Part shown: one piece after another, positions 1 to 10,196 of the stretch
Position numbering within the stretch: position 1 is the stretch's first letter
Layout: the number at the start of each line of letters is the position of its first letter
Origin: an uncultured Candidatus Micrarchaeota archaeon
GTDB lineage: Archaea > Micrarchaeota > Micrarchaeia > Anstonellales > Bilamarchaeaceae
Assembly (NCBI GenBank): GCA_963714085.1
Contig: OY970229.1
Span: 384,001 to 448,000, forward strand
Length of the DNA stretch: 64,000 nucleotides
Reading direction: 5' to 3'
The notes under the pieces: generated by a model
The model's database searches: none
What the model was told of the DNA's origin: nothing
Seen by the model: the letters and a program-made list of their open reading frames with translations, nothing else
Translations under genes and position numbers: made by a program

Positions 1-1628
1 TCCTTGTCATTCACTTCCTTCTCCGCGATGTAGACCAGGGATTCGGCCTCGTTGCGCGTGGTCGCGAGCTCGAGCGCCTTCTTGTCCGCGTCCGAGTATT
101 CCTCGGCCTCCTTCATCTTGGACTTTATCTCGTCGTCGCGCATCTTGAGCGGCGCGATTATCTTCATCTTCTGCTCCTTGCCAGTGCCCATGTCCTTCGC
201 GGTCACATGCAGTATGCCGTTCGCGTCTATGTCGAACGAGACCTCGATCTGCGGCACGCCCCTGGGCGCAGGCGGGATGCCCACGAGCTGGAACCTGCCC
301 AGCTCCACGTTGTCCTTGGCCATGGGCCTCTCGCCCTGGAGCACGTGTATGTCCACCGCGGTCTGGAAGTCCGCTGCAGTGGAGAACACCTGGCTTTTCG
401 CCACTGGGATCGTGGTGTTCCGCTCTATGAGCTTGGTTGACACCGCGCCCAGAGTTTCTATGCCGAGGGATAACGGCGTGACATCGAGCAACAGTATGTC
501 GCGCACCTCTCCTGCGAGCACGCCGGCCTGTATGGCCGCGCCTTGGGCCACGCATTCCATGGGGTCCACTCCGCGTTCCACGCGCGTGCCGACGAGGTCC
601 TCCACGAATTTCTGCACTATGGGCATGCGCGTCGGGCCGCCGACAAGTATTATCTTGTCTATCTGCCTGGGGCTGAGCTTGGCGTCCGAGAGCGCGCGCT
701 CCACCGGGCCGCGGCACTTGTCTATTATCGGCCTCACCAGGTCCTCGAGCTTCGCGCGCGTGAGCGTGTACTTGAAGTGCTTGGGCTGGTTGTTCACCGA
801 AGCCAGGAACGGCAGGTTGACCTCGCTCTCCAGCGTGGTGGACAGCTCGATCTTCGCCTTCTCCGCTGCCTCCAGTATCCTCATCTTGGCCTGCGGGTCG
901 CTTGATATGTCCACCCCGGACTCCTTCCTGAACTGGTCAGTGAGGAACTCCGAGATTATCCGGTCCATGTCCGTGCCGCCCAGCTGCGTGTCCCCGCTCG
1001 TGGCCTTGACCTCGAATACCCCGCCTCCGAAATCCATGATCGTGACATCCAGCGTGCCTCCGCCGAAGTCGAACACCATTATCTTCATGTCCTTGCCGAC
1101 CTTGTCCACGCCGTATGCTAGGCATGCTGTGGTCGGCTCGTTGACCAGGCGCACGACTTCCAGCCCCGCGATCTCTCCCGCGTCCTTGGTCGCCTGGCGC
1201 TGGTTGTCGTTGAAGTACGCCGGCACTGTGATGACCGCCTTGCTTATGGGCTCGCCGATGAACGCCTCCGCGTCCTTCTTTATCTTCTGGAGCAGCATGG
1301 CTGAGAGCTCCTGCGGCCTGTACTCCTTGCCGAAGATATTGTATTTGTATTCGGTGCCCATCTTGCGCTTGAACGCGGTGAGCGTGCCTTCCGGATTCGA
1401 GACCGCCTGCCTGCGCGCCGGCTCCCCGATTATCCTCTTGCCGTCCTTGGTGAACGCGACGTAGCTCGGGAACGCCTTGCCGTACTGCGTGATGCCTTCG
1501 GCGCTGGGGATTATCACCGGCCGTCCTGCCTCCAATACCGCTGCGGCTGAGTTCGATGTCCCCAAATCCACGCCTAATATTTTACTCGTCTTCCTTCCCT
1601 GTTTCGATTCCTCTTTTTTCTCTGCCAT
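1..1628 (-). CDS. dnaK: Chaperone DnaK (Hsp70), 3' end runs off the window
   Basis: Manual translation of the minus strand from ATG 1628: [53 protein letters not shown]. Missing from the ORF track because it has no stop in the window. Confidence 0.97.
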   Translation of the reverse strand, partial: MAEKKEESKQGRKTSKILGVDLGTSNSAAAVLEAGRPVIIPSAEGITQYGKAFPSYVAFTKDGKRIIGEPARRQAVSNPEGTLTAFKRKMGTEYKYNIFGKEYRPQELSAMLLQKIKKDAEAFIGEPISKAVITVPAYFNDNQRQATKDAGEIAGLEVVRLVNEPTTACLAYGVDKVGKDMKIMVFDFGGGTLDVTIMDFGGGVFEVKATSGDTQLGGTDMDRIISEFLTDQFRKESGVDISSDPQAKMRILEAAEKAKIELSTTLESEVNLPFLASVNNQPKHFKYTLTRAKLEDLVRPIIDKCRGPVERALSDAKLSPRQIDKIILVGGPTRMPIVQKFVEDLVGTRVERGVDPMECVAQGAAIQAGVLAGEVRDILLLDVTPLSLGIETLGAVSTKLIERNTTIPVAKSQVFSTAADFQTAVDIHVLQGERPMAKDNVELGRFQLVGIPPAPRGVPQIEVSFDIDANGILHVTAKDMGTGKEQKMKIIAPLKMRDDEIKSKMKEAEEYSDADKKALELATTRNEAESLVYIAEKEVNDK

Positions 1629-1648
1629 TTTCCCACCTCTAGTAATAT

Positions 1649-1759
1649 TCAGGACGCGATCCCTATCCGGACCGGCCTGTTCATGAGCGCCAGGAGCGCC
1701 ATCTCCTGCTCGCTGAGATTCGGAACACCCTTCTTTTCCTTCACGGCGATATCGTTCAT
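1649..1759 (-). CDS. Putative 36-aa small protein between grpE and dnaK
   Basis: ATG overlaps the grpE stop (ATGA). Reads [36 protein letters not shown] and fills the gap. Confidence 0.5.
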   Translation of the reverse strand: MNDIAVKEKKGVPNLSEQEMALLALMNRPVRIGIAS

Positions 1760-2313
1760 TTCTTCGCCTCCTTCTCTTCGGTTTTCTCCTCTTTTTTCCT
1801 GCTCACGACGACCATCGCGTGCCGTAGCACGTTGTCCTTGAACAGGTAGCCCTTCTTCATGACTTCCACGATTTTATTATCCTCCTTGCCTTCCACGGTC
1901 CGCACGGCCTCGTGCCTGTAGGGATCGAACGCCTCTCCAACGCATTTCATCTCCACCAGGCCCTCTTTCTCCAGGACGTGGAGGAATTTCTTATGCAGCA
2001 TCTCGAGCCCGTGCCGCATGTCCTTGGCGCCTGCGTTCTGCGTGGCCGCGATCGCGATCTCAAGCTCGTCCAGGATGGGAAGGAGCTTGAGGATGGTGGC
2101 CGCGGAGCCCGCGAGCAGGAGGGTCTCGCGCTCCTTCGCGGTCCGCTTCTGGTAGTTCTCGAATTCGGCCTGGAGCCTTTTGAGCTGGTCCTCCAGGTCG
2201 GCCATGCGCTCGGCATCGGTCTCTTTTATTAGCTTCTGCTCCTCATGCTTTATCAGCTCCGGCTTGTCCGGGGCAGCGAGCTTATCGGGCGCGGCCTCTT
2301 TTTTCGGGTCCAT
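1756..2313 (-). CDS. grpE: Nucleotide exchange factor GrpE
   Basis: [40 protein letters not shown]; upstream of dnaK. Start placed at ATG 2313. Confidence 0.95.
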   Translation of the reverse strand: MDPKKEAAPDKLAAPDKPELIKHEEQKLIKETDAERMADLEDQLKRLQAEFENYQKRTAKERETLLLAGSAATILKLLPILDELEIAIAATQNAGAKDMRHGLEMLHKKFLHVLEKEGLVEMKCVGEAFDPYRHEAVRTVEGKEDNKIVEVMKKGYLFKDNVLRHAMVVVSRKKEEKTEEKEAKK

Positions 2314-2398
2314 GCAACCACTTCCAAATGTTTTATATTTTAACAAATTGTTTAATATTTAGAAAGGTTTTTAAATATTCATGCGGGATAATAAACAT
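2314..2398. promoter_or_regulatory. AT-rich divergent promoter region for grpE-dnaK and the regulator
   Basis: BRE/TATA-like GAAAGGTTTTTAAATA on +, TATA-like tract on -, and palindrome AACAA-A-TTGTT at 2342-2352. Confidence 0.6.
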
Positions 2399-2800
2399 AT
2401 GGTGCAACGGAGATACTACCGGCAGATAATAATCCGCTATGTCGGGATACCCGAGCCGGAAGAGAACGCAGACAATGAGATAGACTACGTGTACCAGTGC
2501 CTCGGTTTGGGGGACGAGCGCGACGATGTCGGAAGACACGTGTTCCGCGCGCTCGTGAAAGCGGGCATGCGGGGCGAAGGGATATTGTCGCGCGACCTGA
2601 TGCAGCTGAGCGAGGTGAGCCAGGCCGCGGTGATATACCATCTCAACACGTTCCAGCGCTCGGGCCTCGTGATAAAGGATGGCAGGAACTATTATTTGCG
2701 CGGGCGCACGCTCGCCGCTACTTTGGAAGAGATGGAGAACGACATGCAGCGCAGGTTCGAGCATCTGAAGACGATAGCGAAGAAGATTGAAGAGAGATAG
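2399..2800 (+). CDS. Winged-helix (ArsR/TrmB-like) transcriptional regulator
   Basis: HTH-like SRDLMQLSEVSQAAVIYHLNTFQRSGLVIKDGRNYYLR followed by a C-terminal coiled helix. Start 2399 or 2381. Confidence 0.75.
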   Translation: MVQRRYYRQIIIRYVGIPEPEENADNEIDYVYQCLGLGDERDDVGRHVFRALVKAGMRGEGILSRDLMQLSEVSQAAVIYHLNTFQRSGLVIKDGRNYYLRGRTLAATLEEMENDMQRRFEHLKTIAKKIEER

Positions 2801-2823
2801 GCGAGCGCATTGGGAGTTTTTTC

Positions 2824-3075
2824 TTATTTGTAAACATTCTTCCTGTGCCCGATTTTCAGCACCTCGATTAGTTTTTTTTGCTCGTTTATGTCCATAAGAA
2901 CGCGATAGTCGCCCACCCTGAGTTTCCAGCAGTTCACGTCAGTCAATTTCTCTACGAAATGATATGGCGCCAGTTCGAGTTCGACCACTTTTTTTATTAC
3001 GCGGCGCGCGGTTTCCGGATCCAGATTCTTGAAGCATTCTTTTGATTTAGGCGACCAGACTATCGAGTATGCCAT
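2824..3075 (-). CDS. relE: RelE/ParE family toxin
   Basis: 83 aa with YSIVWSPKS, WKLRVGDYRVL and KIGHRKNVYK, typical RelE motifs. Confidence 0.9.
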   Translation of the reverse strand: MAYSIVWSPKSKECFKNLDPETARRVIKKVVELELAPYHFVEKLTDVNCWKLRVGDYRVLMDINEQKKLIEVLKIGHRKNVYK

Positions 3076-3318
3076 CTAAAGACCCAGGTCCTTGATCAGC
3101 TGTTTCGTGGTCAGCCCTTTCCCTCCACTAAGCTGCCTGCGCGCGATTGCGATGTCTTTCTTCGTGTGCTCGCTTAGCTCGCCCTCGGATTTGAGCTTCT
3201 CGTAAACGGTAATCATCTTGTTTATCACTTCCTCGTAGCTTTCTCTGGCATAGTCCTTAAGCACGGAAAGATGCTCCTTGGTTTCCTTGTGTATCAGGAT
3301 GGTTGTGTATTCTGACAT
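3076..3318 (-). CDS. Antitoxin (RHH-like N-terminus) of a type II TA pair
   Basis: TTILIHKETKEHLSVLK...ESYEEVI; immediately upstream of and abutting relE. Confidence 0.8.
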   Translation of the reverse strand: MSEYTTILIHKETKEHLSVLKDYARESYEEVINKMITVYEKLKSEGELSEHTKKDIAIARRQLSGGKGLTTKQLIKDLGL

Positions 3319-3373
3319 ATATATCACATATAGCTAATGTATATGCATATATATAAATGAATCTTTCACGCTG

Positions 3374-3859
3374 CTAATGGTAGACCGCGATCCGCCCGTC
3401 CTTGGCCTGCACGAGCGCGTCACCCGCTTTCCTTGTTTTGATGTTCAGCGCCTCTCCGACAAAAATGACATGGTCGCCCGTCTCGAGCGCATGCACGACC
3501 TTGCACTCGATGCTCGCCTGGCACTCCTTTATGCTTGGAGCCGCGACTTTCTCGGAGCGCTCCTTGGTGAGCTTTGTTAACAGGAATTTATCCTTATCCC
3601 TGCCGGAGTTCTCGCCGCATATCTTTGCAGCGTCGAGCAGCTCAGGGCCGGGAATGTTTATCACGAACTCCTTACTTTGCTCCACGAGCGAATGGGTGAA
3701 GCGCTTCCTGCTGATTGACACCCCGAACATGGGCGGGCTCGCGGAGAGCGGGAAGCACCATGCCGCGGTCATTACGTTGTCCTTCCCGGCGTGGGAGGAG
3801 CTGATGAGCACGACCCGCATCGGATAAATCAAACGATATGGCTTTTCCATTGAAAGCAC
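3374..3859 (-). CDS. Flavin reductase-like FMN-binding protein
   Basis: NVMTAAW, EFVINIP, APSIKEC, ETGDHVIFVGE motifs. Confidence 0.9.
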   Translation of the reverse strand: MLSMEKPYRLIYPMRVVLISSSHAGKDNVMTAAWCFPLSASPPMFGVSISRKRFTHSLVEQSKEFVINIPGPELLDAAKICGENSGRDKDKFLLTKLTKERSEKVAAPSIKECQASIECKVVHALETGDHVIFVGEALNIKTRKAGDALVQAKDGRIAVYH

Positions 3860-3892
3860 CTAAAAAAAATAAGAATTAAAATAAAAAAAATA

Positions 3893-4828
3893 TCAGCCGC
3901 TGGCGCTCACGGTGAACGCGTAGTCCCTGGCATATGCGAGGGGTTCCCATACGGTCGCGTTCCAGCTCTGCGTCTGCTGGTCCCTCACCAGGTTCATCTG
4001 CTTGTGGTCCGCATCGCCCACCGTGTTCTTGCTAACCGTGACATAGAGGATGTTCACGTCGTCGGACACGAGCAGCGATGGCGGCCCCGCGTGGAACACC
4101 ACCCAGTACCTGCCGGGCTGGAGCTGCGCCTCCACAGGGAAGCCTATCCAGTTCGGCGTCATGGTGATCTGCGACATTGGGACAGACCCGGTCGCGATGA
4201 CGCTCCCCGGATTGCCGTTGGAATCCGAGTCTATGTCCGCGATCATGGTCGTGTTCTGGAGCCTGACGGTCTCCTGCGTCATCAGGTACGCGGTGACCAT
4301 CTTCACGGTTATGGGGTTGCTCACCTCGAAAGCGACCGCCCTCCAGTTGCTGACTGAGATCGGATCGTAGTCCTCTCCTGCCGCGGTCGTGTAGCCTATG
4401 GGCGACACCGTCCAGTTGGCGGAGTAGACCGTTGTGTGGTCGCTGTCCACGGTCACGTTGTTCGTGCCGTCCATGGCCGCCACCAGGTTGAACTCGAGCG
4501 TGGCATTGTCACCCGTGACGGCGGACTGGCCAGCCTGCACGCCGTCCACATAGACGGTGATGATCTCGTTCGCCGCGCACGTGGCAATCACGGTTATGGA
4601 AGCGCTGGATGAGAGCGTCGTGCTCTGCGGGCCGGAGACAGAATATGACGGTGCGCCGCATTGCCCGGCCATCTGGCCGGTCGTATTGAGCGCCTGCGAC
4701 ACGGACGAGCCGGTCGCGTTGAGCACCTGCGACACGGACGCGCCGGTCGCGTTCTGGAGCCCGGCCGGAGCTCCCACGCACCCGAATACGAGCATGGCCG
4801 CTGCGATCAGTAACAGGATCTTTTTCAT
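3893..4828 (-). CDS. Secreted putative lipoprotein with Ig-like and beta-sandwich domains
   Basis: MKKILLLIAAAMLVFGC lipobox-like signal; Ser/Thr/Val-rich beta content; NxT/S sequons; short internal repeat NATGxSVSQ. Confidence 0.7.
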   Translation of the reverse strand: MKKILLLIAAAMLVFGCVGAPAGLQNATGASVSQVLNATGSSVSQALNTTGQMAGQCGAPSYSVSGPQSTTLSSSASITVIATCAANEIITVYVDGVQAGQSAVTGDNATLEFNLVAAMDGTNNVTVDSDHTTVYSANWTVSPIGYTTAAGEDYDPISVSNWRAVAFEVSNPITVKMVTAYLMTQETVRLQNTTMIADIDSDSNGNPGSVIATGSVPMSQITMTPNWIGFPVEAQLQPGRYWVVFHAGPPSLLVSDDVNILYVTVSKNTVGDADHKQMNLVRDQQTQSWNATVWEPLAYARDYAFTVSASG

Positions 4829-4896
4829 AATACCTTCACCCCATCCATGCATGAATCTCGAAGATTTTTTATACCCTTCCCCGGCATAGCAGAATC

Positions 4897-7644
4897 ATGG
4901 ACGCTTCCCAGATCGCAACGATGGAATCCAGCTGGAGGAAGAGGTGGGCGGATGAAGGCATATACGAGCCGGACCCTGACAAGAGGAGGGAGAAACGGTT
5001 CGTCACCGCCGCGTTCCCGTACCCGAACTCGCCGCAGCACATAGGCCACGGGAGGACGTACACCACCGCGGACATCTATGCCAGGTACCTGCGGCTCCGC
5101 GGCTACAGCGTGCTCTTCCCCATGGGGTTCCATGTGACCGGCACCCCGATCCTGGCGATGGCAAAGCGCATAGCGGCCAAGGACCAGGACGTGCTCAAGG
5201 TCTTCCGCGACATCTACGGCATCCCGGACGAGCTGTCCGCCACGCTGACCGAGCCCAGAGCGCTGGTCACGCACTTCTCGCGCGAGATAGAGGAGGGCAT
5301 GAGGGAGATGGGCTACTCCATAGACTGGAGGAGGAAGTTCTACTCCTTCGACCCGAAGTTCAATTGCTTCATCCAGTGGCAGTTCAGGAAGCTCAAGGAG
5401 CTGGGCTACCTGATAAAGGGCGAGTATCCGATCGCATGGTGCCCTCTCGATGGGAACGCGGTGAGCGCGCACGACACCAGGGGCGACGTGGACCCGGAGC
5501 TCGAGGACGTCACGGTGATAAAATTCGCGACGCAGGGCGCCTCGCTCGTGGTCACCACCTACCGCCCCGAAACCTTGTACGGCGTCACGAACATCTGGGT
5601 GAACCCGAAGGCGGAATATGTCAAGGCGCAGTACAGGGGCGAGACGATAATCATCGCGAAAAAGGCCGCTGAGATACTCAACCTCCAGATGAGCTTGAAG
5701 ATAGAAGGTCCCATACCCGCGGAGGAGATTCTCAAGATGAAGGCGAAGAATCCCCTCACGGGAGACGAGGTGCCAGTCTTCCCCGCGTCCTTCGTCTCGG
5801 ACGAGATAGGGACCGGCCTGGTGATGAGCGTGCCGGCCCACGCCCCTTACGATTACCTGGCGCTACGCGACCTGGGAAAGACGGACATGAGGATGCCGCA
5901 GGTGATTGAGCTCAAGGGCTACGGCCCTGCTCCGGCCAAAGACGAGGTGGAGAAGCTCGGGGTGAAGAACCAGGACGACCCGCTCGCGGAGCAGGCCACC
6001 GAGAATATCTACACTAAGGAAGCGCACGAGGGAGTGATGGCGGTCGGGAAATACAAGGGCGAGAAGGCGCTTCTCGCCAAGGAGAAGATAGCCGCGGACC
6101 TCAAGAATGAGAAGAGCGCATTCACCATAGTCACGATAGCCAACGGACCGGTGTATTGCAGGTGCGGCGGCCACGTCATCGTGAACATCCTCAAGGACCA
6201 GTGGTTCATAGATTATGGTATAGCGGCGTGGAAGGCAAAGGCCAAGCAGTGCCTGGACTCCATGCGCACGATCCCGGACAAATCGCGCGACGAATATCTG
6301 TACACCATAGACTGGCTCAAGACCAGGCCGTGCACCAGGGCCGCTGGCCTCGGCACCAGATTCCCGTTCGACGAGACGAAGATGATAGAGGCGCTCTCGG
6401 ACTCGACATTGTACATGGCGTTCTACACCATCGCGCACCTGCTAAAGGATTATGATGAGAAGGACATGGACGAGGCGTTCTTCGACGCAGTGATCCTCGG
6501 CAAGGGGCCGAAGGCGAAGGAGCCGAAACTGGAGAAGCTGCGCGAGAGCTTCCTCTACTGGTATCCGTGCGATTCCAGGCACAGCGCCGGGGACCTGATA
6601 AGGAACCATCTCACGCTCTACATCTTCAACCACGCCGCGATCCTTGATGAAAAGCTCTGGCCGAGGCAGATAGTCACGAACGGGTTCGTGCTCATGGACG
6701 GCATGAAGATGAGCAAATCCATGGGGAACATCCTGCCGCTGCGCAAGGCGATAAAGGAGTACGGCGCGGACGTCATCCGCTTCTCGGTGGTGAGCGGCGC
6801 GGACCTCTCCAGCGACACGGACTTCAGCAGGACCGTCGCCGAGGGCACGAGGAGCAGGCTCGCGTTCATAGGCTCGCTGGTCGAGGCGACCGCAGGCCAG
6901 AAGAACGCCAGGCCCCACGGCCGGGCGGACAAGTGGCTGCTCTCCAGGTTCAACAGGAAGATAAACTCCGCTAAGGGGCTCTACGAGAGCTGCCAGATGC
7001 GCCAGCTCGGACTGGAAATCTTCTACGACGTGGTTTCGGACCTCAAGTGGTACGAGAAGCGCGCGGAGAGCCCGAACCTCCATGCGTTCTTCATGAAATG
7101 GGTGCTTCTGATCAGCCCGTTCATGCCTTACCATGCGGAGGAGTACTGGCAGATGCTCGGCGGCAAGGGCCTTGTCGCCTCTGGAAAGTTCCCGGAGTGC
7201 GATGACAGGGAGGTCGACGCGCGGATGGAGATGGGCGAGGAGCTAGTGCGCACGGTGCATGGCGACGTGGAGAAGATAGGCCAGCTTCTCGGGAAGAAGC
7301 CGCAGAAGGTCGCGATATACGCGGCGAGCGACTGGAAACACGAACTGTACGAACTCGTCAGAGAGCATAAGGTCCTGCCGAAAGTCATGCAGGAGGCTGC
7401 GAAGGACGCTTCGCTCAGACCGCACATGAAGGATGTTCCCAAAGCCGCTGGCCAGCTCGTGAAGAACGCGCACTCGCTCCCCGACGTCCTGTCCGCGAAG
7501 GAGGAGCTCGCGGCGCTCGAGGACGCGCTCGCGTTCTACAAGAAGGAGTTCGGGTGCGAAGTGATTGTTGCAGACGAGGAGAAAGGCACGCATCCGAGGG
7601 CCAGGAACGCGATGCCCGGAAAGCCGGCGATTGTGCTGGAATGA
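4897..7644 (+). CDS. leuS: Leucine--tRNA ligase (archaeal type)
   Basis: AFPYPNSPQHIGHGR (HIGH), KMSKS, editing-domain motifs TYRPETLYG and GTGLVMSVPAHAPYD. Confidence 0.97.
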   Translation: MDASQIATMESSWRKRWADEGIYEPDPDKRREKRFVTAAFPYPNSPQHIGHGRTYTTADIYARYLRLRGYSVLFPMGFHVTGTPILAMAKRIAAKDQDVLKVFRDIYGIPDELSATLTEPRALVTHFSREIEEGMREMGYSIDWRRKFYSFDPKFNCFIQWQFRKLKELGYLIKGEYPIAWCPLDGNAVSAHDTRGDVDPELEDVTVIKFATQGASLVVTTYRPETLYGVTNIWVNPKAEYVKAQYRGETIIIAKKAAEILNLQMSLKIEGPIPAEEILKMKAKNPLTGDEVPVFPASFVSDEIGTGLVMSVPAHAPYDYLALRDLGKTDMRMPQVIELKGYGPAPAKDEVEKLGVKNQDDPLAEQATENIYTKEAHEGVMAVGKYKGEKALLAKEKIAADLKNEKSAFTIVTIANGPVYCRCGGHVIVNILKDQWFIDYGIAAWKAKAKQCLDSMRTIPDKSRDEYLYTIDWLKTRPCTRAAGLGTRFPFDETKMIEALSDSTLYMAFYTIAHLLKDYDEKDMDEAFFDAVILGKGPKAKEPKLEKLRESFLYWYPCDSRHSAGDLIRNHLTLYIFNHAAILDEKLWPRQIVTNGFVLMDGMKMSKSMGNILPLRKAIKEYGADVIRFSVVSGADLSSDTDFSRTVAEGTRSRLAFIGSLVEATAGQKNARPHGRADKWLLSRFNRKINSAKGLYESCQMRQLGLEIFYDVVSDLKWYEKRAESPNLHAFFMKWVLLISPFMPYHAEEYWQMLGGKGLVASGKFPECDDREVDARMEMGEELVRTVHGDVEKIGQLLGKKPQKVAIYAASDWKHELYELVREHKVLPKVMQEAAKDASLRPHMKDVPKAAGQLVKNAHSLPDVLSAKEELAALEDALAFYKKEFGCEVIVADEEKGTHPRARNAMPGKPAIVLE

Positions 7645-7690
7645 GACTGAGCATGGTGGATTAAAAATATAACGTTACTAATGATGATAG

Positions 7691-9100
7691 ATGCTGAAGT
7701 CGACGCTGGTACGAAAGGGTGTTTCTGCTCCTCTTGTGAGACCTACTCCCCACAAGATCAAACAGCCGAAAAAAGCGAGGCCGGTCCTGCACGAGGGGGT
7801 GCTCGGAGGAAGGCGGCAGAAGCTGGTCATCATCGCCGAAGCGGCAACGCGGCTCGACCGCAAATATTCTACCCTGGCTAACCTCGTGAAGTCGGGGAAG
7901 TCCAAAACCGTCGCCATAACCATGCCCGACGGGAGCAAGGAGCTCCTGAAGATCGTGAAGCAGGGCCGAATGAACATGGTGGATGAGGGCGCCCTGCAGG
8001 CGCTTGTCCTCAAGAAGGAGATGGTCGCGAGTTCCACGATGCGCCTGAATGACGTGATGAAAAAGGTGGGCATAGGGGAAACCACGATGAGCAGGCACCT
8101 GACGAGGCAGGGCGGCACGCTGTACTTCGAAGTGCGATCGCCGGAAGGCATTAGGAGATTCGAAGTGAAAGAGGCGAACACTAATACGAAAACCATGAGG
8201 ACGGAAGACGTCTTGCAGATAAAGCGGCTGCTCGCGCGCATTCACAGAAGGCTCTCCTTCGAGCAGCTGGCGGACGATTTCAAGCCCGGGAACAATTACG
8301 ATGTCCGTGAAACGGCCATGCTGACCGGCTTCACAAAAAACAGGCTATGGACGATGATACGAGAAAAGGAGTTGGATGCGGAGGAGATCGGGGGGCGCTT
8401 GCGCATCAAGGGCGCGGACATAGAGAAGTATTTTGAAGAGTACAGGAAGACACCGAAAGACCTCGTGAGGGTTATGAAGGCCTTGGAAATCCTCGGGCAC
8501 GGGGACCGCTGGATAACAAGGCGCCTGGTGGAGAGGGATGGTAGGAAATTCCTGGAGTACAAGAACGACGCCGTATCCGTCTCCATCCCGGTCCACAGGC
8601 TGAATATCTGGAAGGGCTTTTCCCGCTCCGAACTGTCCGGATTGAAGCTCATAGCCGAAAGAGTCCCGCTCAGGGATTATCTTGAGAAACATGAGAGCAC
8701 GCACGCTGATCTCATATATGGAAGCTTTTCCGGCCGCATGAGCTCGCATGTCCGCGATTTTTCCGTAGGCGACCAGCGCATGGAGGAGCTCAAGTGCAGC
8801 CAGGCGCCGGAATACGACCTGCGCGGGCAGGACATCAGGCTGGTCAAGGCAGGTGATGCTATTCTCGTGAGGCCGGAGGACGGACCGCTGGTAGAGCGGA
8901 TGGTGCTGAGGACCATGCTTCATGGCGGGGAGAGCGAAAGGGATGCGGCCATCTCTGTGCTCGAGGGGATGGAGACCATCACGGAGATGCATCACCGGCT
9001 TGCAGAGGAAGCGCTGATGAACACCTGCGGAGAGCAGCGGAAAGAACGACTCAAGAGATTTATTGCGAGGTACGACGCGGGAAGGTCCAAGACGGAATGA
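7691..9100 (+). CDS. Hypothetical protein with excisionase/MerR-like HTH modules
   Basis: YDVRETAMLTGFTKNRLWTMIREKELDAEEIGGRLRIKGADIEKY resembles HTH_17; 469-aa ORF fills the gap. Confidence 0.65.
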   Translation: MLKSTLVRKGVSAPLVRPTPHKIKQPKKARPVLHEGVLGGRRQKLVIIAEAATRLDRKYSTLANLVKSGKSKTVAITMPDGSKELLKIVKQGRMNMVDEGALQALVLKKEMVASSTMRLNDVMKKVGIGETTMSRHLTRQGGTLYFEVRSPEGIRRFEVKEANTNTKTMRTEDVLQIKRLLARIHRRLSFEQLADDFKPGNNYDVRETAMLTGFTKNRLWTMIREKELDAEEIGGRLRIKGADIEKYFEEYRKTPKDLVRVMKALEILGHGDRWITRRLVERDGRKFLEYKNDAVSVSIPVHRLNIWKGFSRSELSGLKLIAERVPLRDYLEKHESTHADLIYGSFSGRMSSHVRDFSVGDQRMEELKCSQAPEYDLRGQDIRLVKAGDAILVRPEDGPLVERMVLRTMLHGGESERDAAISVLEGMETITEMHHRLAEEALMNTCGEQRKERLKRFIARYDAGRSKTE

Positions 9101-9168
9101 AAGGGCATCTAGCCGCGCACCCAAACGCTTTCGTCGTGTTTTAAACCCCTTTTTCACAATAGGATTCC

Positions 9169-10194
9169 ATGCTTTTCGCCAAGGCCAGGAAGAAGGACGG
9201 CCAGAAGGTCCTCGAGTTCCTGATCGAGAACGGCGCTTTCGCCAAGGGATACCGGGTCATCAACGAGGGCGGGTCCGTCTACTTCCCGGTCTCCAGGAGA
9301 TTGGAGGGCGGTTTCGATATCGTCGAGATGGACGCGGAGCCGCTTCCCAAGCAGATAACCAGGATGGAGGATGCGTTAGCGGGCATGCTGACCGAAGACG
9401 AGAGGGAGAAACTCGTCACTTCCTTCGACATCGTGGGGGATATCGCCATCATCGACATCCCGGAAGCGCTCGTGAAGAAGGAGAAGGACATCGCGGATGC
9501 CATACTCGCGGTGCACAGGAGCATCAAGGTCGTTGCGAAGAAGACGGGCGCCATGGAAGGCGAGTACCGCGTGCGTCCGCTTAAAATCATCGCAGGAGAG
9601 GACAGGACGGAGACCGTCTACACCGAGCATGGGGTGAGGATGAGGCTGGATGTCGCGAAGGTCTACTTCTCCGTGCGCCTCAGCGCGGAAAGGAGAAGGA
9701 TAGCGGAGCTCGTCCGGCCTGACGAGAAAATCCTCGCCCTGTTCGCTGGCGTAGGGCCTTTTGCCCTCGTGATCGCGAAGAAGCACCCGGACGCGCAGAT
9801 AGTCGCCGTGGAGCTGAACCCTGAGGCCGTGCGCTACATGAAGGGGAATATAACGCTGAACAAATTCAAAAATGTCGAGGCCGTGGAGGGCGACGCGCGC
9901 GCTGTCGTACTGTCGCGTTACCGGGATTTCGCGGACCGCGTGCTCATGCCGCTCCCTAAAAGCGCGGATACGTTCCTTGACGCCGCGATGGCAGGGGCGA
10001 AGGACGGCGGAGTCGTGCATTTCTACGCGTTCGCGCCGGAGGCCGATCCCTATTCCGCCGCTAGGAAGAGGATAGAGGAGGAAGCCGGGAAAGCTGGCGC
10101 GAAAATCGTGTTCCTGAACGAGCGCGTCGTGCGGCCGTACGCGCCGAGGATCGTGCAGGTGTCGATCGATTTCTCAGTATACAAGAAGAGATGA
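9169..10194 (+). CDS. trm5: Trm5/Taw2 (Met-10+) family SAM-dependent tRNA methyltransferase
   Basis: SFDIVGDIAII, KVYFSVRLSAERRRI, LFAGVGPFAL, ELNPEA, DRVLMPLP. Confidence 0.88.
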   Translation: MLFAKARKKDGQKVLEFLIENGAFAKGYRVINEGGSVYFPVSRRLEGGFDIVEMDAEPLPKQITRMEDALAGMLTEDEREKLVTSFDIVGDIAIIDIPEALVKKEKDIADAILAVHRSIKVVAKKTGAMEGEYRVRPLKIIAGEDRTETVYTEHGVRMRLDVAKVYFSVRLSAERRRIAELVRPDEKILALFAGVGPFALVIAKKHPDAQIVAVELNPEAVRYMKGNITLNKFKNVEAVEGDARAVVLSRYRDFADRVLMPLPKSADTFLDAAMAGAKDGGVVHFYAFAPEADPYSAARKRIEEEAGKAGAKIVFLNERVVRPYAPRIVQVSIDFSVYKKR

Positions 10195-10196
10195 TA

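Noticed and set aside
52..1464. Long antisense ORFs here and opposite mcm, apgM, dnaG and others
   Set aside because: Typical stop-poor antisense frames of high-GC genes with no recognisable motifs.
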